This document shows, in pieces, positions 7,654 to 17,100 of a stretch of DNA of 46,234 nt. The notes beneath the pieces are model-generated. The model searched no databases, was not told where the DNA came from, and was given only the letters and a program-made list of their open reading frames with translations. The stretch's first letter is position 1, and every line of letters starts with the position of its first letter. The stretch is from a virus. Taxonomy: Duplodnaviria; Caudoviricetes. Both the position numbers and the translations under genes were made by a program. Where the stretch lies: the IMG/VR virus record IMGVR_UViG_3300043579_000052, positions 1 to 46,234 of that record. One strand, 5' to 3'.

Positions 7654-7929
7654 ATGAAAGCTATCGCTGTTATTCTTTTCGTCCTGCTCGCAGGCTGCGC
7701 GACCAAGCCTGATCCGTACCAGATGGAGTACAACGCCTACAGGGCTGAACTCGTGCAGCAGTTCCATGCCGGGAACATCTCGTACAGCGAGGTCCTGATG
7801 TTTGCGCAGGCAAAGCAGAACGAACTGCTCGCGCGCAAGTCCCTCGCCACGTCCGACAGGCTCGGAACGATGGGGCTTGGGGTCCAGCTCATGCAGCAGA
7901 GCCAGCCGGTGTTCGTGCCGCGCTACTAG
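7654..7929 (+). CDS. lipoprotein moron (possible superinfection exclusion)
   Basis: MKAIAVILFVLLAGC lipobox, GGGAGG RBS, TGgTACCCT extended -10. Opposite strand, next to the ejection genes. Confidence 0.75.
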   Translation: MKAIAVILFVLLAGCATKPDPYQMEYNAYRAELVQQFHAGNISYSEVLMFAQAKQNELLARKSLATSDRLGTMGLGVQLMQQSQPVFVPRY

Positions 7930-7930
7930 G

Positions 7931-9409
7931 CTAGCGGCGCTCACTGAGAATCCCGAGCTGGTAGAGCAGTTGCGGGTTAGGTGCCGGATTCACCGCCGGG
8001 CTGTAGCTCGGCATCATCGCGTTCTGGTAGGTGTCAGAGAGAATCCCCGCCCTGACTGGGGCGCGGGCGAATGGCAGCGCAGCGAGCAGAGCGCCGGGCC
8101 ATCCCATCGTTCCGTAGCCGCCCAAGCCAAGGCCAGCGGCCGCTATCGGGTTCAGTGCGCTGACGTTCGGCTGCGGCGTGCTCGCACCCTCGCCCATGGC
8201 CTTCGGGAATGCCTGCTGGAATCTGCCCGCAACGTCGAGACCACCGCTCAGGGGCTTGCCGCGATCAACCATGCGACCGAGAGTCGGCGCTGAAACATCC
8301 CCGGTCGCCACGTTTAGCGAGCGTTCTACGTCCCACGTCTTGGCGATGTTGCGTCTGGCTGTGCGCAGTTCGTCTATAAGACCGGGCTTGCCGGCGTTGC
8401 GCGCCGCATCTTCGATGAATGTTTCCAACTGCGTGGCCTTCGCATCGAAGGCCTTAGCTTTAGCCAGAATCTCAGGATTCGGCATCGCGTCGTAGAAGCG
8501 GTAATTGGCGTTGGCGTCGAAGCGCGCTTGAGAGAGCGCCTTCACGTCGGCGGCTACGTGGGGGTCGATAGCGGCGGCTTCGCGATAGGGCGCCGCCAGA
8601 GCGTTCCGTCTTGATTCGAGCGCGCCCACCGAGATGGCCGAGTTCTCGGGCAGCCCGGCTTCCCTGCGCGCGAGCGAGGTAGTGAGTTCCTGATTACGTA
8701 GCGCCGCCTGCTGCCCAGTGGCGGCCTTACCGCCGAGGCTTTCCAGAGCGTTCGTGAACGACCCTCCACCCGGCAAGGCCGAGGGCGATGCCACATATCC
8801 AGCCTCGCGGGCGTTCCTGAGCGTTTCATCGCGCACCGCGTTCTGAGATTCCTGCCGGGCGAGACTCGGAGCGCGCGCAGCGTTGTACGCCGTGATCCCG
8901 GCCTGCGGAGTGAGCGCGCCGACGCCGGCCCAATCCGGCCCTCCGATCTTCTCTGCCGCCATGGACCCCAGCGCCGGCAATACGCCGCCCGGAATGAAGC
9001 CGCCGCGGGACGCGAGGTCGTATGCCGCCGTCCCGGCCTTATTGCCCGGTGCAGGATTGTCCGGGTTAAGGAAATCGACGCCGGTTTTGCGAAGCGCGTT
9101 CTGCAGCCACTCGGAACCACCGACCGAGCCCCGCAGCATCGGGATCTTGTTCGCGAGGTCGTAATTCCCGAAAGCCATCAGGCCGAGCTTTGCAGCCTGC
9201 GGCGGGATGTTGATCGCCGACTGAATGGCATCCACGGGAAGCCCCAGCGCTCCAGCGGCGAACTTCGCCATTCCCGCACCCCCTGGATTCCTGTCAGAAG
9301 GCGTGCCCACCAGCAGGTTCTTCTTGATCGCCGCAGCAATCGCGTCATCACTCATCCCGTCCGGGAATTCGACCTGTCCGTGGCCCGGAACTTCGATGAG
9401 CTGCGGCAC
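7931..9409 (-). CDS. putative DNA ejection / internal virion protein
   Basis: N-terminal IEVPGHGQVEFPDGMSDDAIAAAI motif, Ala/Gly-rich, podoviral position. Confidence 0.7.
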   Translation of the reverse strand: MPQLIEVPGHGQVEFPDGMSDDAIAAAIKKNLLVGTPSDRNPGGAGMAKFAAGALGLPVDAIQSAINIPPQAAKLGLMAFGNYDLANKIPMLRGSVGGSEWLQNALRKTGVDFLNPDNPAPGNKAGTAAYDLASRGGFIPGGVLPALGSMAAEKIGGPDWAGVGALTPQAGITAYNAARAPSLARQESQNAVRDETLRNAREAGYVASPSALPGGGSFTNALESLGGKAATGQQAALRNQELTTSLARREAGLPENSAISVGALESRRNALAAPYREAAAIDPHVAADVKALSQARFDANANYRFYDAMPNPEILAKAKAFDAKATQLETFIEDAARNAGKPGLIDELRTARRNIAKTWDVERSLNVATGDVSAPTLGRMVDRGKPLSGGLDVAGRFQQAFPKAMGEGASTPQPNVSALNPIAAAGLGLGGYGTMGWPGALLAALPFARAPVRAGILSDTYQNAMMPSYSPAVNPAPNPQLLYQLGILSERR

Positions 9410-10887
9410 TACTCAATCCTTCCGGTGGCAGGGTTGAACTTCCTAACTCGCGGCGGCGTCTCGATCGTCCGCTGTGCAGGAGATTTCGGACTCTCGTCCT
9501 CTGACGGATATTTGAATCCACGCAGCGACATGTTCTTATTGAAATAGTCTCTGGCCGAGGTCGCATCCTTCATCGAGCGCACCGTATCCGAGCGTATGGC
9601 TTGAATGATCTGCATGCGCCCTTGTTCGGTCTTTACAAGTTCAGGCAGCGGTTTAGTTGCAGTAAGGGTGTCAAGGTTAGAAACCGCCACTCCTGAGCCG
9701 TAGTCCTTAGATCCGAGTCGTTCCTTCAGTAGTTCTGAGACGTGGGCGATGTACTCTTCAGTATTCGCGGTCTTTGCCTTATCAATCTGAAGCCCGAAAG
9801 CCTGAGCGATGCTCCCAAGCAAAGCCTTCGTTTCAGCACCAGACGCCGCAAAGGTCGCATCTCCTGTCAGCGATTCCATGCGGTCCAGTCGGCGCAACGT
9901 CGCGGCCAAGCTCGGTAGCTTTTGCTCCAACGCCATGACGCGCTCGGCATCGCCCTTGCCGACCGCGCCGGCCGCAGATGCTTGAGTTGGCGTCGGGCCC
10001 ATGCCAGCAGGTGAAGAGGCATCGCCTGTCGCGGCTCTTGCCTCCGGGCTGATCCTCTGCGCGAATTGGAGCCGCGTCTGCGGGATCGGGCGCCCCGTGG
10101 GGTCAACTTGCCCCATAAACGGGTCCATGCGCGCCTTCGCCGCCTCGTCTGCGTTCTGGAACCCTGTGTAGGCTTCCAGTGAGCCCTGCGGGACTTGGAC
10201 GCGGAAACCGCCCTGCCCGTCAGGAACCAATCCAGCCGCCCGCCCGGTCTCGGTGATGCGGGGGAAGCTGGCGGTAACGCCGCCTGTATGCGGGTTGACG
10301 AGCCCTACGCCCGGAATGTTCTCGCCCTTCGGGTTGCGGAGCTTCCACTCCTCCATCAGGGCGTTCACAGCAGCGGGCGGAACGCCTCCCTTAATCAACT
10401 GGCCATAATCCGGAACCCGCGGGCCAGAAGGGGTCGGCGGGGGCGGAACGTCCTTCGTCATGTAATCAGGCACCCCGAAGGCCGCTGTGGAGGTCCCAGC
10501 CGACATCCCGGCCGGGGTGGGCCCTGCTGGTGCCCCAGCAACCTGCGGCGCACCTTGGGGCCCTGCACCGCCCGTGTTGTCAAACTTCGCCAGCGCCGCC
10601 ATCTGCTCGATCTGCTTCCTGATCTGCATGGCCTGCAGCGCCGCCAGCCCGCCGGCCTTCCGGTCGGACACGTTCTGATTGAGCTGCCCCTGGTAGGCCC
10701 CGAGCCCCTGCAGCCCGCCCTGCCCGAGAATGCCGCCCAGAGGCTGGGGGTACGGCCCGCCCTTGTTCGCCGCCAGGATGCCGAGTCCCGCGTGCATGAG
10801 CGCCCAGCGCTGCGCATCGCGCTTCTCGGCCTCGGTGGGGCCACCGCCGAGCTGGGAGAGAATGCCTGCAAAGTCCGGTTCAGCCAT
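9409..10887 (-). CDS. putative DNA ejection / internal virion protein
   Basis: Gly/Ala/Gln-rich, ends RKFNPATGRIE, syntenic with ejection genes. Confidence 0.7.
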   Translation of the reverse strand: MAEPDFAGILSQLGGGPTEAEKRDAQRWALMHAGLGILAANKGGPYPQPLGGILGQGGLQGLGAYQGQLNQNVSDRKAGGLAALQAMQIRKQIEQMAALAKFDNTGGAGPQGAPQVAGAPAGPTPAGMSAGTSTAAFGVPDYMTKDVPPPPTPSGPRVPDYGQLIKGGVPPAAVNALMEEWKLRNPKGENIPGVGLVNPHTGGVTASFPRITETGRAAGLVPDGQGGFRVQVPQGSLEAYTGFQNADEAAKARMDPFMGQVDPTGRPIPQTRLQFAQRISPEARAATGDASSPAGMGPTPTQASAAGAVGKGDAERVMALEQKLPSLAATLRRLDRMESLTGDATFAASGAETKALLGSIAQAFGLQIDKAKTANTEEYIAHVSELLKERLGSKDYGSGVAVSNLDTLTATKPLPELVKTEQGRMQIIQAIRSDTVRSMKDATSARDYFNKNMSLRGFKYPSEDESPKSPAQRTIETPPRVRKFNPATGRIE

Positions 10888-11497
10888 ACATCCTCCGGCG
10901 CAGCATCGTCATGTAGGGGTTTTCCGGCCCGACGAACTGGTGCTGCGGTGGGCCGGACTGCTGCGGCTGACCGCCTCCGCCACCGCCGCCCATGTTCATC
11001 GCCGCGTTCCCCAGCCGCGCGTACTTCATGAAATCGCCTCCACCAGCCGCGCCAGCGCCCAAGCGCTCGAACACCCCCGGCCCTGTTTCCATCATTCCCC
11101 ACTTGCCGAGCGTCGCAGGCGTCTCAGCCACAGCAGCCGGCATGGAGAACCCGCCACCAGCGCCCGCTCCTGCGCCACCAGCGCCACCGAACAGGCCGAG
11201 CGCGCTGGCGCCGTAGCTGCCCGCGTAGTACGCCGCGATCACGCGAGCGATGTCATGCATCTTTTCGCCTGGACCTGTGTTGATGCCGATCGCCGTCGCA
11301 TCCTGCGCCTGCTTCTCCGTGTTCCCGCCCCACATATCGACGGTCGGCTGGTAGTCCTTCCCGGTGATCCCGCCCCACAGCTTCGTCTCGAGCGGCGTGT
11401 TGATCCCGAGCAGCCGCTCCGGGTTGTCCTTCCACTTCTTCAGGATGTCGCCGCCCAGATACTTCTGGAAATCGAAGATATCGCCGAGGCCGCTCAT
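10880..11497 (-). CDS. putative ejection protein, Gly-rich
   Basis: Composition and synteny. Confidence 0.65.
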   Translation of the reverse strand: MSGLGDIFDFQKYLGGDILKKWKDNPERLLGINTPLETKLWGGITGKDYQPTVDMWGGNTEKQAQDATAIGINTGPGEKMHDIARVIAAYYAGSYGASALGLFGGAGGAGAGAGGGFSMPAAVAETPATLGKWGMMETGPGVFERLGAGAAGGGDFMKYARLGNAAMNMGGGGGGGQPQQSGPPQHQFVGPENPYMTMLRRRMYG

Positions 11498-12177
11498 TTC
11501 AGGGCCCCGTAGCCGAGAATGCCGAGCCCGAGCAGGTTCGCGAGCGAGTTACCGCTCGAGTAGGGCTGCGTGGCCTGCGTCTGCCCGCCATAGTTCCCGG
11601 TCACACCGGCCTGATAGCGCTGCAGGGCCTCCCACGGCGAATCTGTCTGCCGCTGCGCGTAGGTGTCCTGCATCTGGCCTGCCTGCTGGATCTGCGAGAG
11701 CCCCGCCTCGGCCATTCCTGGAGCCATTCCAGCCGCCTGCATTTGCCGCCCGCGCTCATCATTGAACATCTGCGCCGCATAGGGCGCGCTCGCATCCATC
11801 AGGCTGCGGTTCAGCCACTCCTGGTGCGCAGAATTGCCGTAGTTGTCGCCACCGAACTGGCTATTCACCTTGCTGCGCGTCATATCCATGACGTTTCCGA
11901 GCGCGGCCTGCGAATACGGGTTTGAATAATTTCCGGCGAGCGTTCCGCTGATCTGGTTCTGAGCCTGGCCGGTGAGTGAGTTCTGCCCACCTTCGGCAGC
12001 CCGAGCCTGAATCGCCTGCAGCGTGTAGGGCGACTGCGCAGCGACCGTGGGCTGTCCGTACAGGCCCTCGGCGCGCGAGAAGAGATTCTGCAGGTATGGC
12101 TGCTGCCCGGTCCAGGGCGCGGTATCGCTCTTGGTTTCTACGGTCTTGCCGCCGCCACCCCCGAATAAACCGCTCAT
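11494..12177 (-). CDS. putative pilot/ejection protein
   Basis: MSGLFGGGGG...APWTGQQPYL...NPY...C-terminal LLGLGILG, typical of first ejection proteins. Confidence 0.7.
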   Translation of the reverse strand: MSGLFGGGGGKTVETKSDTAPWTGQQPYLQNLFSRAEGLYGQPTVAAQSPYTLQAIQARAAEGGQNSLTGQAQNQISGTLAGNYSNPYSQAALGNVMDMTRSKVNSQFGGDNYGNSAHQEWLNRSLMDASAPYAAQMFNDERGRQMQAAGMAPGMAEAGLSQIQQAGQMQDTYAQRQTDSPWEALQRYQAGVTGNYGGQTQATQPYSSGNSLANLLGLGILGYGALK

Positions 12178-12524
12178 ACTATTTCCTTTCTCAACTGACT
12201 CTTTTTGCGTCTAAATCCTAATTGAAAGAGCATTGGCTCAAGCCCAAGGCGCCCAAACTCTTCTACGGCCCTGCAGCCGTTCTCTTTGCCAAAGCTCACC
12301 AATCTCTCGCAGACTGCATCCTTCTGCTCCGGGAAGCCCTCACCGATCAGCAGCACCACGTCAAGCACGCGCTCATAGCCGTAATCGATGATCTGCGTGT
12401 AGACCGCGAACCCCTCGAATTGGTGCTCCTGATATGCGCCGCTCTCGAGCTTCTTGCCGAACTCCTCCAGAGGCAGAATCCGCAGCCTGCCGCTCTTCCA
12501 CTTCCGGTAGGCGCTCGGCTTCAT
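12174..12524 (-). CDS. hypothetical protein, acetyltransferase-like fold (virion assembly)
   Basis: FGKENGCRAVEEFGRLG motif; located between tail and ejection genes. Confidence 0.55.
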   Translation of the reverse strand: MKPSAYRKWKSGRLRILPLEEFGKKLESGAYQEHQFEGFAVYTQIIDYGYERVLDVVLLIGEGFPEQKDAVCERLVSFGKENGCRAVEEFGRLGLEPMLFQLGFRRKKSQLRKEIV

Positions 12525-12841
12525 GCGTAGAGCGTCTTCCATCGGTTGATGAGCGCCTGCCGGTACTGCGCGCGCGTAATCTGAGCCGTATCCGCCGCGG
12601 AGTACGTCCCCGGCAGCAGCACGTTGATCTTCGTCTTGATGTCGCGCTTATCGTTCTCCAGCAGGAAAAGATGCTCGAACTGCAAGAGGTCCAGACCGTC
12701 TATTGCGCGCTGGGCCCGCTTGTCCTGCGTGTTGTCTGCATCCCACACGGCCTGGCTCAGGAGTGCGGCGGTTTCCTCGTCCGGCGTGAGCGTGATTACC
12801 TTTCGCTCGCCGGTTGTCAGGTTTATTTCTACGCGCTCCAT
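12521..12841 (-). CDS. hypothetical protein (fibre-associated chaperone-like)
   Basis: MERVEINLTTGE...LTPDE start; follows the fibre-like gene. Confidence 0.65.
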   Translation of the reverse strand: MERVEINLTTGERKVITLTPDEETAALLSQAVWDADNTQDKRAQRAIDGLDLLQFEHLFLLENDKRDIKTKINVLLPGTYSAADTAQITRAQYRQALINRWKTLYA

Positions 12842-13428
12842 CAGTTCATCCTGATGTTCATGGCGCCGGCATCGAAAGTATTGGCACCCCCGACAGTCGT
12901 AAGGCGGATACGGTCAAGGACGCCAGAAAGTGATTTAGAAGCCCCCACGCCTGAGAATTGGAGCGCGTTGCTCCATCCGAAACCACCAGAAGCGGTCCAT
13001 GTGTTTTGTGAGGCATCTTCCAGCATGAGCGTGAGGATGCCGTGTAGCACCGTAGCGGCCGCCCAGTTTTGGGTTAGCCCTATTCCTGTCGTGTAATTCG
13101 CAACGCCAGCTACAACGCTGTCAGTGAGAAGAAAACCAGCCCCGAGATAGCCGCTGTTTTCAATCCCGCCAGCATCGCCCAATTGCACCATCGGCGGGCT
13201 CGTGCCATTCGTAGAGAGTCCCACAAACGCTATGTCGAGCTGAGTCACCCACGACGGAATTCCGGTAACGTCGACGGATGTCCCGGAGGTGGTGGCGACT
13301 TCGGTGCCAAGCGCCGGGATCGCAGCGTCCGAAATCCTGTTCGCCTCGCGCTCCAGAAGCCTCACAATCTCCTGAATGGCCGACTGGTCGTACTGCCTCG
13401 GCACACGATTGGTGAGCGCGAGCTTCAC
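12841..13428 (-). CDS. tail needle/fibre-like virion protein
   Basis: N-terminal helix then ATTSGTSVDVTGIPSWV...LDRIRLTTVGGANTFDAG, a beta domain common in fibre tips. Confidence 0.65.
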   Translation of the reverse strand: MKLALTNRVPRQYDQSAIQEIVRLLEREANRISDAAIPALGTEVATTSGTSVDVTGIPSWVTQLDIAFVGLSTNGTSPPMVQLGDAGGIENSGYLGAGFLLTDSVVAGVANYTTGIGLTQNWAAATVLHGILTLMLEDASQNTWTASGGFGWSNALQFSGVGASKSLSGVLDRIRLTTVGGANTFDAGAMNIRMN

Positions 13429-14882
13429 TCTTGACCGTCCTCCGACATCGCCGCAGCAAGCCCGGACATCTCGACGTTCCCAGTAAAGGAGAACGCAGCC
13501 CGATGCCAGCGCGCGGAGCGCAGCACATCGAAGCGCCCCCGAGCATCCATGGCAACCTGCTGATCCTGAATCAGCGCGCTACCGATGTTGTCCCGGTGAA
13601 AGTTCGTCATAGTGCCCGCGCCGGGTCTCGTCAGAAACTCAGGCTGGACCCCTGATAGCAGCGTCAGAAACTCGTCCGAGCCGTAATCTCCTGTCGTCAT
13701 CGCGCTCGCGACCGTGTTCCCGTCGAGCGTCTGCAGCACATGCGAGGTATTGAAAATCCCCGGCAGCGGATAGCCGGCCACAAGGAATGCCGTGTCGTAG
13801 GCTAGATTGGGGAAGTCGGCGTAGGTGGAGTACAGCGCTCCCAATCCGTCGTAGGTCACGCCAGCAGAAACGAACTCCAGCGCCGCCTCGATGGTCCTGT
13901 CGTCGCGACCCCACAAGCCGGTCTTGTAGTTGTAGACCACGCACCGGCTCGGCGGATAGAAAAAATAAACCCTGCTGTTACGCCGATCGTGCAGCGCCGT
14001 GCAGGTGTAGGAGAGCGTGCGGTCCAGTTCTCCGAACACGGTTTCCTTGACTGGGTTCCCGATCGAGACGGGCCGCGAGCCGTCGTACCGGTAGAAATCC
14101 TCATACCCCATCATTAGATGCACCGGGTTATCCGCAGTGCCTACATCTACGATGCACTCCTGATTCAGCGCGCCGGCCTGCCCCGGAATCGGATTGAACT
14201 CCCACCCTGAAGTCCCTTGGTAGACGCCCAGATACATCGAGCGCTCTTTGTAGGCGATGGCGGTCTGCCCGAACTTCTTTCCTCCGGTGATCCTTCCTGA
14301 GGTGCTCGTCAGTTCCCCTGTATAGGCTTCGTTCGCAACCGATGGTGTCCAGGTGCCGGAAGTCTTAGCCGCCCACCAACCGTGCGGCCTGTCTGCTGAG
14401 TCGAATATCGCGCCCTGATCGTTCACATCGAAGAGGAAGATGAAGCCATTGATGATTTCGACTATCGCGGCCTTCGGAGCAGTTGCGGCGTTATTCGCGA
14501 ACGCCCCAGAGGATGACGATTGCAGAATGTCCGACTTGGCAGCGGCAAAGCTCGCATCGGCACGTTGCGCGAATCTCCAGGTATTGTTGCTCCCCAGCGC
14601 ATAAGCGCCGCCCACGGCCCTGGTTCGATCCGTCCACGACGTAGAGCCTGCCTCGAATAGAGCAGTCGCAGTGCCCGCAAAGAGCCGCGTCGAATCATCG
14701 AGCTTCCTGACGAGCGCCGCGCCGCGGCAAGCCGCCGCCAGTGCTGGCAGTAGTCGGGTCTGCGGCGATGGCGCGCCCTTCATGCCCCTGAGCGAAGGCA
14801 CCAGCGCGGAGCAGTCCGTGAGAATCCCAGGCGTCTTGGGATCGAGGTCCGGTGCGTATCCCTTGAAGGCGATCCCGCTCAT
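13425..14882 (-). CDS. tail nozzle / packaged-DNA stabilization protein (beta-propeller)
   Basis: 485 aa, beta-rich, GYAPD start, FYRYDG..PVSIG, VVYNYKTGLW; podoviral synteny. Confidence 0.75.
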   Translation of the reverse strand: MSGIAFKGYAPDLDPKTPGILTDCSALVPSLRGMKGAPSPQTRLLPALAAACRGAALVRKLDDSTRLFAGTATALFEAGSTSWTDRTRAVGGAYALGSNNTWRFAQRADASFAAAKSDILQSSSSGAFANNAATAPKAAIVEIINGFIFLFDVNDQGAIFDSADRPHGWWAAKTSGTWTPSVANEAYTGELTSTSGRITGGKKFGQTAIAYKERSMYLGVYQGTSGWEFNPIPGQAGALNQECIVDVGTADNPVHLMMGYEDFYRYDGSRPVSIGNPVKETVFGELDRTLSYTCTALHDRRNSRVYFFYPPSRCVVYNYKTGLWGRDDRTIEAALEFVSAGVTYDGLGALYSTYADFPNLAYDTAFLVAGYPLPGIFNTSHVLQTLDGNTVASAMTTGDYGSDEFLTLLSGVQPEFLTRPGAGTMTNFHRDNIGSALIQDQQVAMDARGRFDVLRSARWHRAAFSFTGNVEMSGLAAAMSEDGQE

Positions 14883-15070
14883 TCAATGTCGTCCCACGTC
14901 GGATTCGACTTCGTGCCCTGCCCCCACGTCGGGTTCGACTTGGTTCCATTGCCCCACGTCGAAGCGGTTTCGGTTGCGTCCAGCCATATGGTCGTAATGA
15001 CGCTACCCCACGCCCCATCCCACCACGTGCCGTCCGCCCATACGTTATCCGCCCATCCCGGGACGATCAC
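14879..15070 (-). CDS. small Trp-repeat virion-associated protein
   Basis: GTG start, GGAGG RBS; WADNVWADGTWWDGAW...TWGNGTKSNPTWGQGTKSNPTW. Confidence 0.7.
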   Translation of the reverse strand: MIVPGWADNVWADGTWWDGAWGSVITTIWLDATETASTWGNGTKSNPTWGQGTKSNPTWDDIE

Positions 15071-15639
15071 AGCGCCCTCCATGGATCATTGGTGGTGCCG
15101 ACTCCGGCAAGCGTCGCGCTGTTGATCTTCGTGACGTTCGCTGTTACTGCCCCCGTCACGCTCCCGACCGCCCCTGACACCGCAGCCACGGTGGTCCCCG
15201 ATAGATTCAGCGTCGTGGTGGGACTTCCGACGTTCGCGAGGTCGATCCCGGCCTCGCCTCCTGCGCTCACGTCGAGCGTGCGCGCAGCCGTCGTGGGCAT
15301 GAGTGCGGAGCGATTCTCAATCGAGAACGATGCCACGACTTCGCCGACCACAGACACGCTGTCCACGGTCCCAGCCGTGATGACGAGCTGCACATCGGTC
15401 GCGGTCGCAAAGCCATTGCCTGAGGTGGCGACGATGCGCACGTTGTTAAGCCCGGTGCGCGTATCAAAGTCAACCGATAGCGTAATGCCGGCGGTGATCT
15501 CGGTCGTTCCGTTTCCGACGTACGCAGCAACCGCCGGGCTACCGGCCAGAGTGAACGGAGCGCCGGTAGAAAACCTGCGCGTGGTGAACTTGATGTCGAT
15601 CGTTGAGCCGAGGCGAATGTCACCGTGATAGGCGCTCAT
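15067..15639 (-). CDS. putative virion structural protein (beta-rich, Thr-rich)
   Basis: Coupled operon member, composition. Confidence 0.7.
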   Translation of the reverse strand: MSAYHGDIRLGSTIDIKFTTRRFSTGAPFTLAGSPAVAAYVGNGTTEITAGITLSVDFDTRTGLNNVRIVATSGNGFATATDVQLVITAGTVDSVSVVGEVVASFSIENRSALMPTTAARTLDVSAGGEAGIDLANVGSPTTTLNLSGTTVAAVSGAVGSVTGAVTANVTKINSATLAGVGTTNDPWRAL

Positions 15640-16244
15640 GCAACTAGCCCTCCGCGACCGGCGAGTGAGAACCTAGAACCTACGATCTTCGTGAAGCCAG
15701 AAAAGTCTCCGGTGGAGAAATCATCCAACTGCACGAAATCTGTGCCAGACGATACGCGACCGATTATCGCGGGTGCACCACCGGATGCGATTGATGAATC
15801 AACCGCTGTCAGTCTCAGGTTGCCGTTAACGAACAATGTGAGCGTGGTCCCCTGCAACTCAAGGCGCAGCACATCGTCAATGGCAATATCTATAGCCTCA
15901 CTGGCGAGGCTCGTCCTGGCCCCGGCTATGTTCTTCCAGATCCTGCGGTTGTTGCTGCCGCCGTTGTCGAGTGGATTCGCCCCGCCTGCGTAGTAGGTCT
16001 GTACTCCGGAGGCGTAGCGCAAAGCGACTCCGACCCATGACATATTGGTCGTTAGCTTGACGGTGGCCTGCGCCCAATTATCCGCAGGCAGTGTGATCGC
16101 CGTGTACTGACTGGCGACGTTGACGAGCGCCCCATTAGAGAATCTGTTTGTCTTGATGACAAACGGATTCGAGCCGCTTGAACTCCAGCTAGCTCCTATC
16201 GCGCCATCGGCGCGATTTGCGTCATCGGTGGCTAGAAGAGCCAT
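15636..16244 (-). CDS. ConA/lectin-like beta-sandwich virion protein (paralog of 26009-26611)
   Basis: DDANRADG..G.SW start; DVLRLELQGTTLTLFVNG...DSSIASGGAPAI; LDDFSTGDF. Confidence 0.7.
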   Translation of the reverse strand: MALLATDDANRADGAIGASWSSSGSNPFVIKTNRFSNGALVNVASQYTAITLPADNWAQATVKLTTNMSWVGVALRYASGVQTYYAGGANPLDNGGSNNRRIWKNIAGARTSLASEAIDIAIDDVLRLELQGTTLTLFVNGNLRLTAVDSSIASGGAPAIIGRVSSGTDFVQLDDFSTGDFSGFTKIVGSRFSLAGRGGLVA

Positions 16245-16837
16245 TAGGCTACCCGTATCGCCATGTTGGTCGGGTAGCGCCCGGCCTTGTGCGTGTCGTT
16301 CACGCTATCCTTCACCTGGACGTACTGCGCCTCCCAGAGGGCTACGCGCTTATCGTCCTTGAGGAATGGCTGCGCAGCCGCGAGAGAGCCGTAGAGGTAG
16401 AGATCCGGGTTTGCCGTGAATAGCGCGTGGACCGCCGTCGAGAGCGCGGCGAGCTTCTTGTAGTACCAAAGCTCGATGTCGCCTGTGGGCACCGCGGGGA
16501 AGACCAGCTCATCTCCGAAGATCGTGTACTTCTTAGATACCGAGTTGACGGAGGATGGGAACTGGTTGAAGAACTCATCCGGGGTGATGTAATCGAGCCA
16601 GCCGATTGTGGATGCCTGGATGCGGATCGCGCGCATGTTTACGAAGTCGCTCGGCAGCGTGGCGAATGTCGTGGTGGTGGTCGTGGTGACGCGCTGCTCC
16701 TGCTGGCGGGCCTTGACTTCTCGGCCGATGCGAGCCTCGGCTATGGAGATGAAGTCCGGAATGAACGTGGAGAGGTCCGCGCGATGCAGCCAGTTCGTGA
16801 TGGCTGCCTGAAGGTCGACGTAGGTCGCGATGCTCAT
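16244..16837 (-). CDS. head-tail adaptor
   Basis: MSIATYVDLQAAITNWLHRADL..IPDFISIAEARI...PDLYLYGSL...FLKDD.R...W, a conserved podoviral adaptor pattern. Confidence 0.85.
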   Translation of the reverse strand: MSIATYVDLQAAITNWLHRADLSTFIPDFISIAEARIGREVKARQQEQRVTTTTTTTFATLPSDFVNMRAIRIQASTIGWLDYITPDEFFNQFPSSVNSVSKKYTIFGDELVFPAVPTGDIELWYYKKLAALSTAVHALFTANPDLYLYGSLAAAQPFLKDDKRVALWEAQYVQVKDSVNDTHKAGRYPTNMAIRVA

Positions 16838-17100
16838 CCGAGGCTACCGGGCCTTCCATTGAGGCCACCCTGCTTCGTCTCCAGATTCCATGATCTATTT
16901 CCAGACCAGCCGATGGTGCTGCGAATAATTTGGCAGGTGAAGCACACCTGAGTCAGCGTGTCCATGAAGCTGCTATACGCGACCTGCTGAACATGCCTGC
17001 CCTCGCATCCCCTGATCGCAGCACGAACTGCTGACATGCTTGGCATCGGTACATATGCGAATTGGGGGCTTTCAGAGTCGTTCCCAAGAGCCTTATCCAT
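16834..17100 (-). CDS. hypothetical protein
   Basis: 88 aa with C/H ligands (CEGRH, CFTC); overlaps both neighbours. Confidence 0.55.
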   Translation of the reverse strand: MDKALGNDSESPQFAYVPMPSMSAVRAAIRGCEGRHVQQVAYSSFMDTLTQVCFTCQIIRSTIGWSGNRSWNLETKQGGLNGRPGSLG

